Shown: positions 9,289 to 20,243, numbered from the stretch's first letter. The stretch: DNA of 64,000 nucleotides from an uncultured archaeon (GCA_963810275.1 CAWENF010000014.1:96001-160000); one strand, 5' to 3'. Translations and numbers: made by a program. The notes: generated by a model from the sequence alone, not told the origin.

Positions 9289-11475
9289 TTACTGCTTTGA
9301 TTCACTGTATTCATCCAACTCTTTTTGCAGGTTTTCAAAGCCCGCTGCTATTCGACTAATGAGGGGAGCATCTGCTTCAGGGTCTAATCCTACATATTTT
9401 GACTTGTTGTACTCGCCTTTGTAGGTTAAAACATCTTCGACGCGGTTGTTTTTCTGGTAAAGTTCACGAATTATTTTGGCTTCTTTATCGTTGCCACTTT
9501 GCCTGCGTACTGAATACATTATGGCGCATGCTGCTCCGAACTCTAATCCGGAGGTGGGTAACCCATATTTTTGGGCTAAATGGATGCTGCCCATTATGCG
9601 TTCGTCCTGTTGAAGTTTGCGCAGTGGATCTCTTCCGACGCGTAGTACGTCGTCCTGGAAGCTTGCCCGGCACCGCTTGAAAAAGTTGCGGGTAATGGAG
9701 TTAATGTACTGTTTCTGATCAGGGTTTTCGCTGAGTAGGGCGGGTTTGATTTCGTTTATAATTATGCTTTCAGCCAATTGTGAAACGCGGGAGTCACCCA
9801 TGCCTTGCCCGATGCTTTTGTACCCTAAAAGCGCTGAGTACCAAGCGATTACTGCGTGGGGACCGTTCGAGAGGCGGTTTTTAATTTCCTGCATCGATTT
9901 GATGTCATCTACAGTGACTACTTGTCGCATGCGTTCAAGAAGCGGGCTACCCTTACTTGCGTATATGGGCATATCGGGTTCGCTGCTAAACAGGGCTATG
10001 TTTAGTTTGCTGAGTTCCTCGGCGAACTGGGTTATGAGCAAGATGTCGTTTGCAAGGGTCTTGGTTTTGGATGCAGCGTTAGTGCCATTTTTAAGCGATT
10101 TAGGCAAATCCTGCAGCTGCGTGAAACTTTTGTAGAACTCAAAGATTTCGTCAATCTTTCCCGAGTAGTTAACTATGCTGTTGTGAAGCGTTGTTAGTTT
10201 TACCTGAAGCCGCTGCAAAACCACCTCGTCACTGAGTCGTGAAACCATGCGGTTAACCACGGTTTCTGAGAAGAAAGTAGATTTTATGACTTTCAACGCT
10301 TTAGATTTGCCTGTTAAATCTTGCAACGCGTGGAAAACGTGTTTTCTGACAAAGCGGGCAGCGTTGATTTTGTTCATCACGATTAGTATTGTTAGGGGAG
10401 AGGCACCATCGTCGTAGCGTTCAATCAAGCCTTGAGCAATGGCTTTAGCTGAGGAACGTACTGCCTTTTCAGGAATGGCAAGCCCAACTATCTGAGATTT
10501 CCGGTACATTTCTGCGACTTTGGCTTCGTCGTTAATGTCAATCAGTAGCACATGTGAGATAGTTTGGAAGTAGGCGAGCCGCTCGTACTGGATGTGGTAG
10601 CGTCCAAGTGCGTTTATGAGTTGGCGTATGGTGGCGTTGGAGGTTGCGCCGATGACTTTACGTGGACGTGTGTATCCGTCCCAGTGGCTGAAAATCTGCG
10701 CCAAGTAACCGCCGCCCATGGCTCCGAAGCCATGGATAAACGCAGTTTGGTAACCTATACTCTGGGGGAAATGCTCGTTTAAGCTTGGCATACCCATCTT
10801 TGGCATTTCACCAATGAAGTCAGCAACCAAGTCAGTCATTTTTTTGTATGATCTAAACGCCAGAGCTTTGACTTCCGGGTCTGGGTCTTTGATATCTTTA
10901 ATGTAAATAGGCACTCCGCCGGCGTCGTGGGCTGCCAAGATTCCGTTTTGGCTATCCTCAAAAATGAAACAATTAGCTGGATCGCAGTTTAGTTCCCGCG
11001 CGGCTTGAAGAAAGATTTCAGGGTCCGGTTTGCCTTTTTGCACTTCGTTACCGCACACCATTATATCAAAGAACCGTAGCACTTTGGCGCTAAGCAGGTA
11101 TTCCTCGGCGATTTCCCGTCGGCTGGAAGTGGCTAGGGCGATAAGTACGCCGCTTCTTTTTAGGCGTTCCAACAGGTTGTATAGTCCTCGTTTGACTGGG
11201 ACGCCGTGTTGGCGGACGCTGCCGACTTCAAGTTGGTTGGCGCGTTCACGGATTTTTTTGTAGGGGTAATCTTCGCCGTACCATTGTTTTGCAAATTTCT
11301 CGGCGGTAACTGCGGATACACCTAACGAGTTGTAGAGAAGTTGGTCGTCGATTTCTTTGCCAGTTAACTCTTTTGAGGCTTGTTTGAGCACTTTGAAGCG
11401 TAACCGCTCCGTGTCAAACATTGTGCCGTCCATGTCGAAAATGGCGCCCTCTAAGAGTCTGTTCTGGAAAATCAT
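9289..11475 (-). CDS. mtlD: Bifunctional mannitol-1-phosphate dehydrogenase/phosphatase (HAD + mannitol dehydrogenase fusion)
   Basis: HAD motifs FDMDGTMFDTE, ATSS, GKPDP, FEDS; dehydrogenase motifs IHGFGAMGGGY, TVVNRMVS, KNRLSNGPHA, RDPLRKL; architecture and motifs match Acinetobacter MtlD as I recall it. Confidence 0.85.
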   Translation of the reverse strand: MIFQNRLLEGAIFDMDGTMFDTERLRFKVLKQASKELTGKEIDDQLLYNSLGVSAVTAEKFAKQWYGEDYPYKKIRERANQLEVGSVRQHGVPVKRGLYNLLERLKRSGVLIALATSSRREIAEEYLLSAKVLRFFDIMVCGNEVQKGKPDPEIFLQAARELNCDPANCFIFEDSQNGILAAHDAGGVPIYIKDIKDPDPEVKALAFRSYKKMTDLVADFIGEMPKMGMPSLNEHFPQSIGYQTAFIHGFGAMGGGYLAQIFSHWDGYTRPRKVIGATSNATIRQLINALGRYHIQYERLAYFQTISHVLLIDINDEAKVAEMYRKSQIVGLAIPEKAVRSSAKAIAQGLIERYDDGASPLTILIVMNKINAARFVRKHVFHALQDLTGKSKALKVIKSTFFSETVVNRMVSRLSDEVVLQRLQVKLTTLHNSIVNYSGKIDEIFEFYKSFTQLQDLPKSLKNGTNAASKTKTLANDILLITQFAEELSKLNIALFSSEPDMPIYASKGSPLLERMRQVVTVDDIKSMQEIKNRLSNGPHAVIAWYSALLGYKSIGQGMGDSRVSQLAESIIINEIKPALLSENPDQKQYINSITRNFFKRCRASFQDDVLRVGRDPLRKLQQDERIMGSIHLAQKYGLPTSGLEFGAACAIMYSVRRQSGNDKEAKIIRELYQKNNRVEDVLTYKGEYNKSKYVGLDPEADAPLISRIAAGFENLQKELDEYSESKQ

Positions 11476-11639
11476 AACTTTCCGCTCTAAACTTGTTCCG
11501 CATATACAATCCATCGTTTCATATAAAATTTTTTACGAAAAAATATACAGAACATGAATTTTTATCAGGCTTTGTGAGACTTTTTGTAGCATTGACAAAA
11601 AGCAGAATTCAGGTGATGCAGAGGGTTAACGAAGGTTTT

Positions 11640-11913
11640 TCTTTGAACCAATACCATGCCCGCATAGACGGCGGCTACCACAACGCCGCCTACATGTTGT
11701 CAACAGATTATAACTTTGGCTTCCGATACCCATTGGGCGTATCTGGGGACTATGACCAAGCAAAACAATATCATCCAGCAAATTTACGGCGACATAGAAG
11801 CGCTGATTTCACAAAAAGGCACAGGTTTCGATGTGGTCTATAAGAATCCAGCGTTGCTTTCAGATGCAGCTCGGCGGTGTGACACATTAATTTATGGAAT
11901 TAGAAAGAAGTAA
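11640..11913 (+). pseudogene. C-terminal remnant of a gene of the same family as 54493..55770
   Basis: Fragments AAYML..DYNFGFR, GRIWGL* and FDVVYKNP in shifting frames resemble AALVLP.NFGWGMR..DTIWGFW and LDIIYEDP. Confidence 0.5.
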
Positions 11914-12216
11914 TCCTTTAAATAAGTAAGCAGCCTTTGGAGTTCGGTGTAGGAACTTCGGGGAATGTTGATTTTACTGATTAAACCGAAATAACCACGG
12001 AAACCTTCAGTTTTGGCGTATAGACTGTCAGGTTAAGATGAAGATTGTTATGCCTACTGAAATATAGATTATTTTGAAGTATTTTCTGACCAAGGTTTTC
12101 TGGTTCCGGATTTCGAAATGTGCTGGATAAAAAATTTTGAGATTTCCAAATTGTGATCAAGCTTGTTTGCTGTAGAATTGGTTACAGGATAAGAAAAAAC
12201 AGAAGCAAACGCAAAG

Positions 12217-12486
12217 TTACGTTTTAACTGTTTTGAGCACATTTAGGATAGATTGTATCCAGTGCAGGTACGCGTTAAGGGTTGCCCGTAGCGCTACGGT
12301 GTCCTCTGCTTCCGCAATTAGACTCAAAACGGCGCCGTTTTTTTGCAGTCTTACAGAGGAGCGATGGGTCGGCGGCACCTTCGCCTCAGGCTGCAAAGCA
12401 GCGAGAAGTGCGTCAAGCTGTTTTTCGGAGTCAAAAGTTAGGTGCAGGGTTGCGGATGTTCTATTGGACATTTCAATCTTCCTCAT
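12217..12486 (-). CDS. pcc1: KEOPS complex subunit Pcc1
   Basis: AL.PE...RS.V...AEDTVALRATLNAYLHW. Confidence 0.88.
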   Translation of the reverse strand: MRKIEMSNRTSATLHLTFDSEKQLDALLAALQPEAKVPPTHRSSVRLQKNGAVLSLIAEAEDTVALRATLNAYLHWIQSILNVLKTVKT

Positions 12487-12749
12487 TTTTCAATATGGTT
12501 TGATAGTATAATGAATTATTCGTAATCAAAGTAATTTTGCTCAGTAAACTTGTAACAACCTGCACAACTATCAAGCAACACAGGCACATTTCAACCTTAA
12601 AACATATGCAAAGGCACAATCTGCTGAAAGAGGAGTGGCAAGATACCTATGCAAATACAACTAAAAAATAACCCAAAACAATTTTGAAAAACGAGACAAA
12701 GTCTTCCCTAAGACCAAATAATCAAAAAAATAAAATAGAAAGAGTAGGA

Positions 12750-13094
12750 TTACTCAGATTCGGTTTCTTCCTCAGTTGCCGACTCAACAACTTCGGCTTC
12801 AGCTACGGACGCCGCTTGCTGGGCTTCTTCTGCAAGCTGCTTGCCTTTAGCTGCACGTTTAGCAACTGTGCCGAGTTTCGTGAAGGGCGTATAAGCTCCT
12901 CCTGCAAAGGTATAACTGCATTTGTTGCAGCTCCAAACTCCAACACTAACGCGATGGACGCGGACAAAGCCGCATTGCGGGCAGCGGTGGGGTTTTCTGA
13001 GTTCGGTAACTACTTTAACGTAGCGTTTGCGGACTGTGGAGCCGTAACGGGTTCCTAAGCCTCGAGTTGGACCTACTTTCTTTGTCTTCGGCAA
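12750..13094 (-). CDS. rpl37ae: 50S ribosomal protein L37ae (eL43) with acidic tail
   Basis: GTRYGSTVRK, CPQC...WSCNKC, GGAY. Confidence 0.95.
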   Translation of the reverse strand: MPKTKKVGPTRGLGTRYGSTVRKRYVKVVTELRKPHRCPQCGFVRVHRVSVGVWSCNKCSYTFAGGAYTPFTKLGTVAKRAAKGKQLAEEAQQAASVAEAEVVESATEEETESE

Positions 13095-13102
13095 CTTTTA
13101 GT

Positions 13103-13894
13103 TCACCACTTTAGTTTCTTGCGCAGTTCAGCTGCTTTCTCCAGAGCAATCTTTGATGCATCTAAAATCTGTTGCGGTGTGAAAAAGCCTGAGCCTCCCT
13201 TCTGAATAGCACAGATGTTGCCGTCTTCGTTGGTTGCAAAGGTGATGCGTGAGTCCATTACTGATTCTTCTTCAAGCCAGGGGTCAACGATGAGTTTGTT
13301 TGCGATTTTGCCGATGGTGACGGTGATCGGTTTGCTCTTCAGGGGTAGTGGTGTGTAGCCTTGCTTTATTTTGAGTTCGCCGTCTTTGATTTCATAGTTG
13401 GGCATCTTGGTGTTCATCAATGCGGCCATTGCTGCGATTGCGGATGCATCGATTAGGTTACCGTCGTGGTTTAACACGTACACGTCTACGAATACGACAA
13501 AAACGTTTTTACCTGCTTCAATAACTAGTTTCTCTGTATCAATAGCATGGGATTCTCTAATGCCTCTGTCAACGACGCGGGCGAGTTCAATACTCTTTTC
13601 GTCTGGTGGACCAGGTTCAAAATGTGGAGAAGCCAAAGGCACAAGCTCTGCATTAACGGTCATTACGCCGTTGTTTGGTGTGTCTGGGAAGGGTTCTCCG
13701 GTTTCAACTTTAACGCCGACGAGCACTTCGCTATTTCCGAGGTGAACACGGGCGGAACCTTCAGCTTTCTCGATTATGCCCTGCTCAATTTTGATTTCAC
13801 GGTAGTCGGTTAGTGAGCGTTCGTCTATACGTTCGCCTTTTTCTAAGAGTGATTCTATCTGTTTTGCTCTAACTTTAGTTATAAGTGAGGACAT
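13103..13894 (-). CDS. rrp42: Exosome subunit Rrp42
   Basis: RNase PH fold; FEPGPPDE, ELARVVDRGIRES, DGNLIDA. Confidence 0.96.
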   Translation of the reverse strand: MSSLITKVRAKQIESLLEKGERIDERSLTDYREIKIEQGIIEKAEGSARVHLGNSEVLVGVKVETGEPFPDTPNNGVMTVNAELVPLASPHFEPGPPDEKSIELARVVDRGIRESHAIDTEKLVIEAGKNVFVVFVDVYVLNHDGNLIDASAIAAMAALMNTKMPNYEIKDGELKIKQGYTPLPLKSKPITVTIGKIANKLIVDPWLEEESVMDSRITFATNEDGNICAIQKGGSGFFTPQQILDASKIALEKAAELRKKLKW

Positions 13895-14628
13895 TACTCT
13901 TCAGCCTCCTTAACAACCATATACTTTGTTTTTAATGCTTCCTTTTGCATTACATAGATTTGCTTGCAGCCTTCCATAGCCATGTTGACTGCTTTCTCGA
14001 ACTCTTCAGGAGCAAGAACACCGTCCATCTGAAGCAATGTGATAGCGTTCAGGTTAGGCATGTAAGCGACAGGCACGTCTGCTGAGCCCAACTTATCCTC
14101 AGCGTCATAAAGGTCCAAAACGACTGTGTCGTCAATTTTGCCTGCAGCACACGCAACAACTAAGTCACGCATCGGGACACCGGAATCGGCAATAGCCAAA
14201 GCCGCGGCGGTAATGCTGGCGCATCTGGTGCCTCCATCGGCCTGCAAGACCTCGACGAATACATCAACGCCTGTGCGTGGGTAGAGTTCAAGGAACAATG
14301 CCGGTTCAAGGGATTCTTTTATGACTTTGCTTAATTCAACTTCGCGGCGTGAAGGCGCTGGAGATTTACGTTCTTGCACACTGAATGGCGCCATGTGATA
14401 GCGGCACCTAAGTACCATTCGGTCTGCTTGTGCAAGGTGTTTGGGGTGCATTTCTCTTGGACCGTATGCTGCGGCTAAAATCTTGTTTTTTCCATGTTCA
14501 ATGTATGCTGAGCCGTCAGCGTTTGGAAGGACGCCGACCTGCAGTTTAACGGGGCGCAGCTCATCCGCTTTTCTTCCGTCGCCGCGGATGCCTTTTTTAT
14601 CGATTAATTTATCGTGTTTTTCATTCAT
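13894..14628 (-). CDS. rrp41: Exosome subunit Rrp41
   Basis: [33 protein letters not shown]. Confidence 0.97.
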   Translation of the reverse strand: MNEKHDKLIDKKGIRGDGRKADELRPVKLQVGVLPNADGSAYIEHGKNKILAAAYGPREMHPKHLAQADRMVLRCRYHMAPFSVQERKSPAPSRREVELSKVIKESLEPALFLELYPRTGVDVFVEVLQADGGTRCASITAAALAIADSGVPMRDLVVACAAGKIDDTVVLDLYDAEDKLGSADVPVAYMPNLNAITLLQMDGVLAPEEFEKAVNMAMEGCKQIYVMQKEALKTKYMVVKEAEE

Positions 14629-14636
14629 TGTTGTAT

Positions 14637-15338
14637 TTACTCCATTATGGGTGGTAGTTTCTTGTCTTTCAATAATTGAGTGATGCGGTCAGTTAAGCCG
14701 CTGGTGTGAGATTCTTCCTCAATTTTCCGGATCGCTTCAATGGCAATTTCTTCCTCTTGTAGGTTTTTGCCAGTGACTAGGATGACACCATTTAAGCCAA
14801 GTATGATTTGGCAGTTTGTTTCCTGTTTAATCATGGAAATCATGGAGCCTTTGCGTCCGATGATACGGGGAATCTTTGTTGGTGTCACTCTGAGGAGTTG
14901 GCCGCGTGTTATTTTTCCTAAACCTGGTTCACCTACAGTGAGTTGGGGGTCGTGTGCACGGTCATAGGATGCTATTTTGGCTACGATTAAGTCGCCTGCG
15001 TTTAGGACTGAGCTTAACTCGTCGTTTTGAGGCTTAAAGGGCCTAGCTAAAACGTCTGATGCACGAAGCATAGCAGTGTAGGGTGATTTGATGTCGACTA
15101 TCCAGCCGTTAAAGCCGACTTCGACTACAGTACCAATTACTATATCACCCATTTTTGGCACGTAAAAAGCTCTAAGTGCCACGACGTTTACTTTTTTGTT
15201 GTCGCTGTCTACGAGTCCAATCCTTTGTGCGAAAATCTTGCCATTTTCAACGAATGTGTTTTCACCGGGTAAATAGTCGCCATCTGCGAGCAATTCTCCC
15301 GGGGTCACGAGCTGTTTTTTTTCAAAGAATGTTGGCAT
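14637..15338 (-). CDS. rrp4: Exosome RNA-binding subunit Rrp4
   Basis: S1 + KH domains ([10 protein letters not shown]), SHTSGLTD. Confidence 0.96.
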   Translation of the reverse strand: MPTFFEKKQLVTPGELLADGDYLPGENTFVENGKIFAQRIGLVDSDNKKVNVVALRAFYVPKMGDIVIGTVVEVGFNGWIVDIKSPYTAMLRASDVLARPFKPQNDELSSVLNAGDLIVAKIASYDRAHDPQLTVGEPGLGKITRGQLLRVTPTKIPRIIGRKGSMISMIKQETNCQIILGLNGVILVTGKNLQEEEIAIEAIRKIEEESHTSGLTDRITQLLKDKKLPPIME

Positions 15339-15362
15339 AAAATCACCTGTCTTTCATATTAC

Positions 15363-16049
15363 CTAGATTATTTTCGCTTCTCCTGTTCCTTTTGTAGCGT
15401 CGCCCAACTTGTTTAGCAGTGAAGCGTATGAACCTGCTGGCAACTCTAGTTCACCATACCATGACCCGTCACTCCGCCATTCTTCACGTTTGATGATGCC
15501 CAAATTTTTAACGGTGCCGTAGGCTCGGGCAGCGAACTGTGTGGGGATTTTTACTTCAACTTTAATCTGCTCCACCTTAAGAGGCAGAATAGGTCGCAAA
15601 AGTTTAACGATATCTTTAGCTTGCTCCTCAACTGACTTGTAAGGGTCAATCGAGTAGCGAATTTGATCCATAGCGTTTTCGATGCGCAAGGGTGGATGAG
15701 GCAAATTTGTTTTCGGATCAACCGCTTGTCTTGCAATAAAATCTATTACTTGCCGTTTTTTGTCTTCAACCATTCTGCGTCTCTGGTCGGTTGTAAGCTG
15801 CAAAGTACCTCTTTTTAAGATTTCATCTGCGATTTTGAGCGGATCCACGGTTTTGAACGCTTTATGCATGGCGTCTTCGGAGACTTTGGTCCCTTTGTTT
15901 GCATCAGAAAAAATTGTTTCTGCGGCTAAAACCTCGGTTATGCCAGAGATTTTGCCGTTTCGATAGTCGAGTGCTTTGTTTGGTTTAACTAAGATTTCGA
16001 AGTGTTCGTTCTCTCTAGTTAAGCGAGCTACGGTGAACTTTTCGCTCAT
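15363..16049 (-). CDS. Ribosome maturation factor SBDS/Sdo1
   Basis: FEILV, QLTTDQRR, DPKTNLPHPP.RIENA. Confidence 0.96.
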   Translation of the reverse strand: MSEKFTVARLTRENEHFEILVKPNKALDYRNGKISGITEVLAAETIFSDANKGTKVSEDAMHKAFKTVDPLKIADEILKRGTLQLTTDQRRRMVEDKKRQVIDFIARQAVDPKTNLPHPPLRIENAMDQIRYSIDPYKSVEEQAKDIVKLLRPILPLKVEQIKVEVKIPTQFAARAYGTVKNLGIIKREEWRSDGSWYGELELPAGSYASLLNKLGDATKGTGEAKII

Positions 16050-16057
16050 TATTTAAG

Positions 16058-16786
16058 TCACTTGCTTGAACCCAGCTCTTTGATGAAGCCTTCCACTGTG
16101 CTATCGCTTAGCATCTCCATCTTTTTGGTTGCTGCTGGGATGACGGCAATTTTGATTCTTGGGGGTAGCTGACGGGCTTCGAGGGCTTTAAATAGGCATT
16201 TAACTGCGATTTTGACAGTGTCTTCGAGTTTCATGTCTTCTTTGTATTCTTCTTTTAGGATGTTTAGAACGGTTTCTCTTCCTGCCCCCAGAGCGGTCGC
16301 TTTGTAGCCTCGGTAGGTACCGCTTGGGTGTGTCCCGAAGACTCGTGCACCTGTTTTGTCAACTCCACCGAATATTATGGAGACACCGAAAGGTCGTACG
16401 CCTGCGTGTTGAGTATACATTTGTTGAATGTCGCAGATGCGTTTGGTTACAACTTCTACGTCGATGGGTTCGTCATAGGTCAGTTTGTTGCTTTGAGCGT
16501 AGATGCGTGCTTGGTCAATTAGAATGCGTGCATCTGAGCTTAAGCCAACGATGGCTGCTCCTATATGGTCGTCTACTCGGAAGATTTTCCATGAGTAGCC
16601 TGCTTCTTCGAGGACCTCTATGTTTTCTTCTGACCCTAAAACTAAGCCGTCGGAGGTTTGGATGCCAAGTATGGTGGCTCCGCGGTTGACGAGTTCCATG
16701 GCGTATTCTACTTGGAATAGGCGTCCGTCGGGTGAGAAAACAGTTATTGCACGGTCATATGCTCCTGGTGCTGCAAATACAGACAT
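16058..16786 (-). CDS. psmA: Proteasome subunit alpha
   Basis: YDRAITVFSPDGRLFQVEYA, RPFGVS. Confidence 0.98.
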   Translation of the reverse strand: MSVFAAPGAYDRAITVFSPDGRLFQVEYAMELVNRGATILGIQTSDGLVLGSEENIEVLEEAGYSWKIFRVDDHIGAAIVGLSSDARILIDQARIYAQSNKLTYDEPIDVEVVTKRICDIQQMYTQHAGVRPFGVSIIFGGVDKTGARVFGTHPSGTYRGYKATALGAGRETVLNILKEEYKEDMKLEDTVKIAVKCLFKALEARQLPPRIKIAVIPAATKKMEMLSDSTVEGFIKELGSSK

Positions 16787-17118
16787 AATACGTTAACCTC
16801 ACTTTACTCTCTTGACTTTTTCACAACTTCATACGATAACTATACTAAAAACCTTTCCTATAAAAGGAAAACCTGAAAGGCGGCTGGAAAGCTGTAAAAA
16901 CTTTGGGAAATGCGCTGTAAAGAGGGGATATCTATGGTTGGGGGCTACCTTTTGAGTTTGCGCCTGGCTGCGTTGCTTTCTGGTTTGGGCTGGTCGCAGC
17001 GTTTTTTCCAGGATTGCGTTAAGATGGTTTGTGTATGCTGCTCTGTTTTAGGAAAATGGTTTTGGCGGGGTTTATTCAAACAAGTTATAAATTTTGAATT
17101 CCATATACGGCTGCGGAG

Positions 17119-17987
17119 ATGCAAGTGATGTTTAGGCAAGAAAACCAAAGTTCTTCCACCCTCACCCCAAACCCGCCAGAAAGCCAAAAAAGCCACCGAA
17201 AAATGTACGCGGCAACCGCAGCTTTAGCGTTAATTGCAGTTGTCGCCGGCTCGCTTCTATCCACGCAGGACGAAGGCGCAACCATGGCTTTGAGCCTCAA
17301 CTTCAATGTGGGAGAACACATGGTTTACCAAACTAAAACCACCGCAACAAACCAAATGGCTAACGCCACCCTAAACCTACCAGGAGAAACAACCAGCCAA
17401 AACTCCAACTCAACCATAACCATAGACGTTATAGCAGTAAACGGCGAAGACTACAAACTAAACGAAACAATAAAGATGCAGCCAGCCCTAATAAGAGACA
17501 TACCCCCCTCACAGTAAACGTCAGCAAAACCAGCTACTACAACAACTTCATGGGACCCGGCGGACCACAAATCTTCTACAACGCCACCAACCCAACCATA
17601 ATGGCTTATCTGGCGCAGCCCAGCGTGAAAACAGGCGACATCTGGACCAAACCAGTTAACACAGGCAACACAAGCCTCGGCTTAACAGGCGAAGTAACGC
17701 TAAAGTTCATGGGAATTGAGGAAGTAACAGTTCCAGCAGGCACCTACACAGCCATGCTCATAGAAACATCAAGCAACATACTACAAATCCACACCGACGG
17801 CACATCGCTCTTAACAAGCTTAGACGGCATGACACTACAGATGAACGGCACCTCATATGTTGAGCAAAGCACCTGCCGCCTAATCAAAGCAGACCTCACA
17901 CAGGTAAGCACCCTCAATTCAGCAGGCGTTGACAGAACTTCAACCATGTACACGGAAAAAACCTTAATAGAACACACCCAGCCCTAA
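17119..17987 (+). CDS. Membrane-anchored secreted beta-rich protein, split by a frameshift in a poly-C run near 17505
   Basis: N-terminal TM helix; adding one C joins the two ORFs (IPPLTVNVSKTSYYNNFMG); contains an EEVTVPAGTY motif. Confidence 0.6.
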
Positions 17988-18054
17988 GCTGCAAAGAGTA
18001 GAACCAAGAAACACCTACATTGCCGACTTGCTTCAAGGCGTATGGAGGTTTTCG

Positions 18055-18514
18055 TCAAGAGGCAAAATTATTGTGGTATATCCGCCGTTTGATTGGATGG
18101 TGTTTGAAACGCCGAAGACGTATCTTTTGTGAACAGGTACATTGATGAGGTCCATGTTTCTGTGTCCCAATCATAAGGTTTGGCAGCCAGTTTCTCAAGC
18201 GAGTACAATTCAGCCCAGTCACCCTCAAAATGGGATCGAACGTGGATATTGTAGTATATTGGGTGGCTGCTGTCTCTGGTGCGGCTGGTTTTTTATGGAC
18301 TTGTATGGTTCTGTTTTGGTATATTGTAGTTGTGGTTTCATCTGTGTATGGGTAGATTTCGCTAATGGAACTTGAGGGGACGTATTTGACTGAAAAACTG
18401 GACACCGACGGCTTAGCTATTGACTGAGCATAGACTGCACCTAAGCATCTGAACAGCAACCCCAGTAACCACCAAAGCAACTGCAAAGGTGCGTAGATTT
18501 TTCTTAATTGCCAT
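18055..18514 (-). pseudogene. Degenerate surface-protein gene
   Basis: Signal peptide MAIKKNLRTFAVALVV, then SIAKPSVSSFSVKY...YPYTDE...NRTI; multiple frameshifts. Confidence 0.5.
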
Positions 18515-18534
18515 TTACTTTCGCCTCCAGCACT

Positions 18535-19281
18535 CTAATTCGCCTCAGCAACACAACAACTAAGACAATCATCAACGCAACCACAAAGCCTAAAGCTGCA
18601 GCGAAGCCAATCTAGAGTCAATCCAATGAAGAACCAGCAGCAGGTTGAGTAGAGGTTGTTTGTGTGGGAGACGCTGAAGGAGAAGAAAAAATAAATGGAG
18701 TTGCCGTTGGGGTGGGTGACGGTTTCGGTTGTGGGGTTGTTGAGGGTGAGACGCTGTCGGAGTTGTACACTAGCTCGTAGTATGCGAAGTGTATGCCCCG
18801 CCAAAGCTGCTTTGAATCGTTGAGAAAAGGAAGGTTAATGTGAAATCTGCATGTGTGTTGTCGCTTCCGAGGGTTACGCTGCCGGTTTCTAAAGCTTCAC
18901 GGTGCCCGTTAGCATATACATGGGGAAGGGCTCTAATCCACCTCTTGGCGTTAGAATGTGTAAATCGAAATTCTAGAAATCGTAGTTTACGGTGCCTCCG
19001 AAGTTGTATGTAGCCGTTAAGTGCAGGACAACTATTATTTCGCTGCCCTCGGTTGTTTGGTTGACTTCACTATAATCCAAAGATACGTTAGGCACAGCGG
19101 TAGGTGAAGGTATGGGTGTTGGAGGAGGTGTAGACGTGGAAGTGGAGGTTAGGGTGGCGATAATAACCGGGCTGGACAGGGGTTGCACCGCGGCTGCTTG
19201 TGCAACTGCAGCGGGGAATAAGGTGACCGCTAACAAAACCAAAAAGAAAACAGCCAAAGTAGCCGTGCCCGTTTTGTTCAA
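18535..19281 (-). pseudogene. Degenerate Pro/Thr-rich surface protein with C-terminal TM anchor
   Basis: Signal peptide, PT linkers, in-frame TAG at 18973, frameshifts, C-terminal GFVVALMIVLVVVLLRRIR. Confidence 0.55.
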
Positions 19282-19410
19282 ATAAGCATCTGAGACTGTT
19301 TTGGCTTTAAATTCTTCTTGTATAGATTTCTTGACTTGGTCAAGGTTTCTGTTTTGCTGCCAGATTCTTATACCTTAACCTCGCATATTTAAAGCTGGAG
19401 GCTGCCAGTT

Positions 19411-19992
19411 TTGAGCAGGGACAAAGAGCCGGAAATCACCGTTCTAACCTTAGGGTACGGCACTCGCACCATAGAAGAATTCACTCAGCTGCTGCAAATC
19501 CATGGGGTCACAACACTCATCGACGTACGGGCTTTTCCGCGCAGCCGTTTCAGCCCAGAATTCAACAAAGAAGCCCTCCCTGGCCACTTCAAACACTACG
19601 GCGTCAAATACGTCCCCCTCCCCGACATCGGAGGCATGCGGCACCCCAAACCCAACAGCAAAAACCTCGCCTTAGAAGGACAATTCAGAGGCTACGCCGA
19701 CTACATGCAAACCAAAGAGTTCACCGAGCAACTCCTCAAAATCGTGGCATTAGCGCGGGACGGCAGGGTAGCGTTGATGTGTGCTGAGGCGTTGCCCTAC
19801 AAGTGCCATCGCATCCTAATCAGCGATGCACTGGCAGCAAGAAACATCCGAGTACTGCACATAATCAGCAAAGAAAACGCGGTTGCACACCAAATGCATG
19901 AGTTGGCAAAAGTGGATGGCGTGCGAGTTTCGTATCCGCTTTACAGCAAAGATACTCCGCAGAAAACGCTTACCGACTTTGAAGCCAAATAG
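19411..19992 (+). CDS. DUF488 family protein
   Basis: TLGYG, LIDVRAFPRSR, LMCAEA..KCHR.LISD. Confidence 0.9.
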   Translation: MSRDKEPEITVLTLGYGTRTIEEFTQLLQIHGVTTLIDVRAFPRSRFSPEFNKEALPGHFKHYGVKYVPLPDIGGMRHPKPNSKNLALEGQFRGYADYMQTKEFTEQLLKIVALARDGRVALMCAEALPYKCHRILISDALAARNIRVLHIISKENAVAHQMHELAKVDGVRVSYPLYSKDTPQKTLTDFEAK

Positions 19993-20212
19993 CACTACGC
20001 TGTTTTTTGGTTGAGTTCCTTGCCCAGTTGAATAATCAGAAGCAAAACCAGATTCGCTATAGCTACACCCGCCAAAGCAAACGCTGGGAGTAGGAAGTAG
20101 AAGTCGGTGGGCGGCTGCATTATGGTTAAGAGGAAGACCCCCCCGATGATGCCTGTTAAGTTGACTAGTATCATGAGTAGGTCTTGGTCTTTGAACTGCG
20201 TTTTTGTCAGCT
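19993..20212 (-). CDS. Small two-TM hypothetical protein (start uncertain)
   Basis: Open frame ...DLLMILVNLTGIIGGVFLL...FALAGVAIANLVLLLIIQLGKELNQKTA*. Confidence 0.4.
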
Positions 20213-20243
20213 TCCCACGAGAAGGGAATGTGGATAGGGCTTT

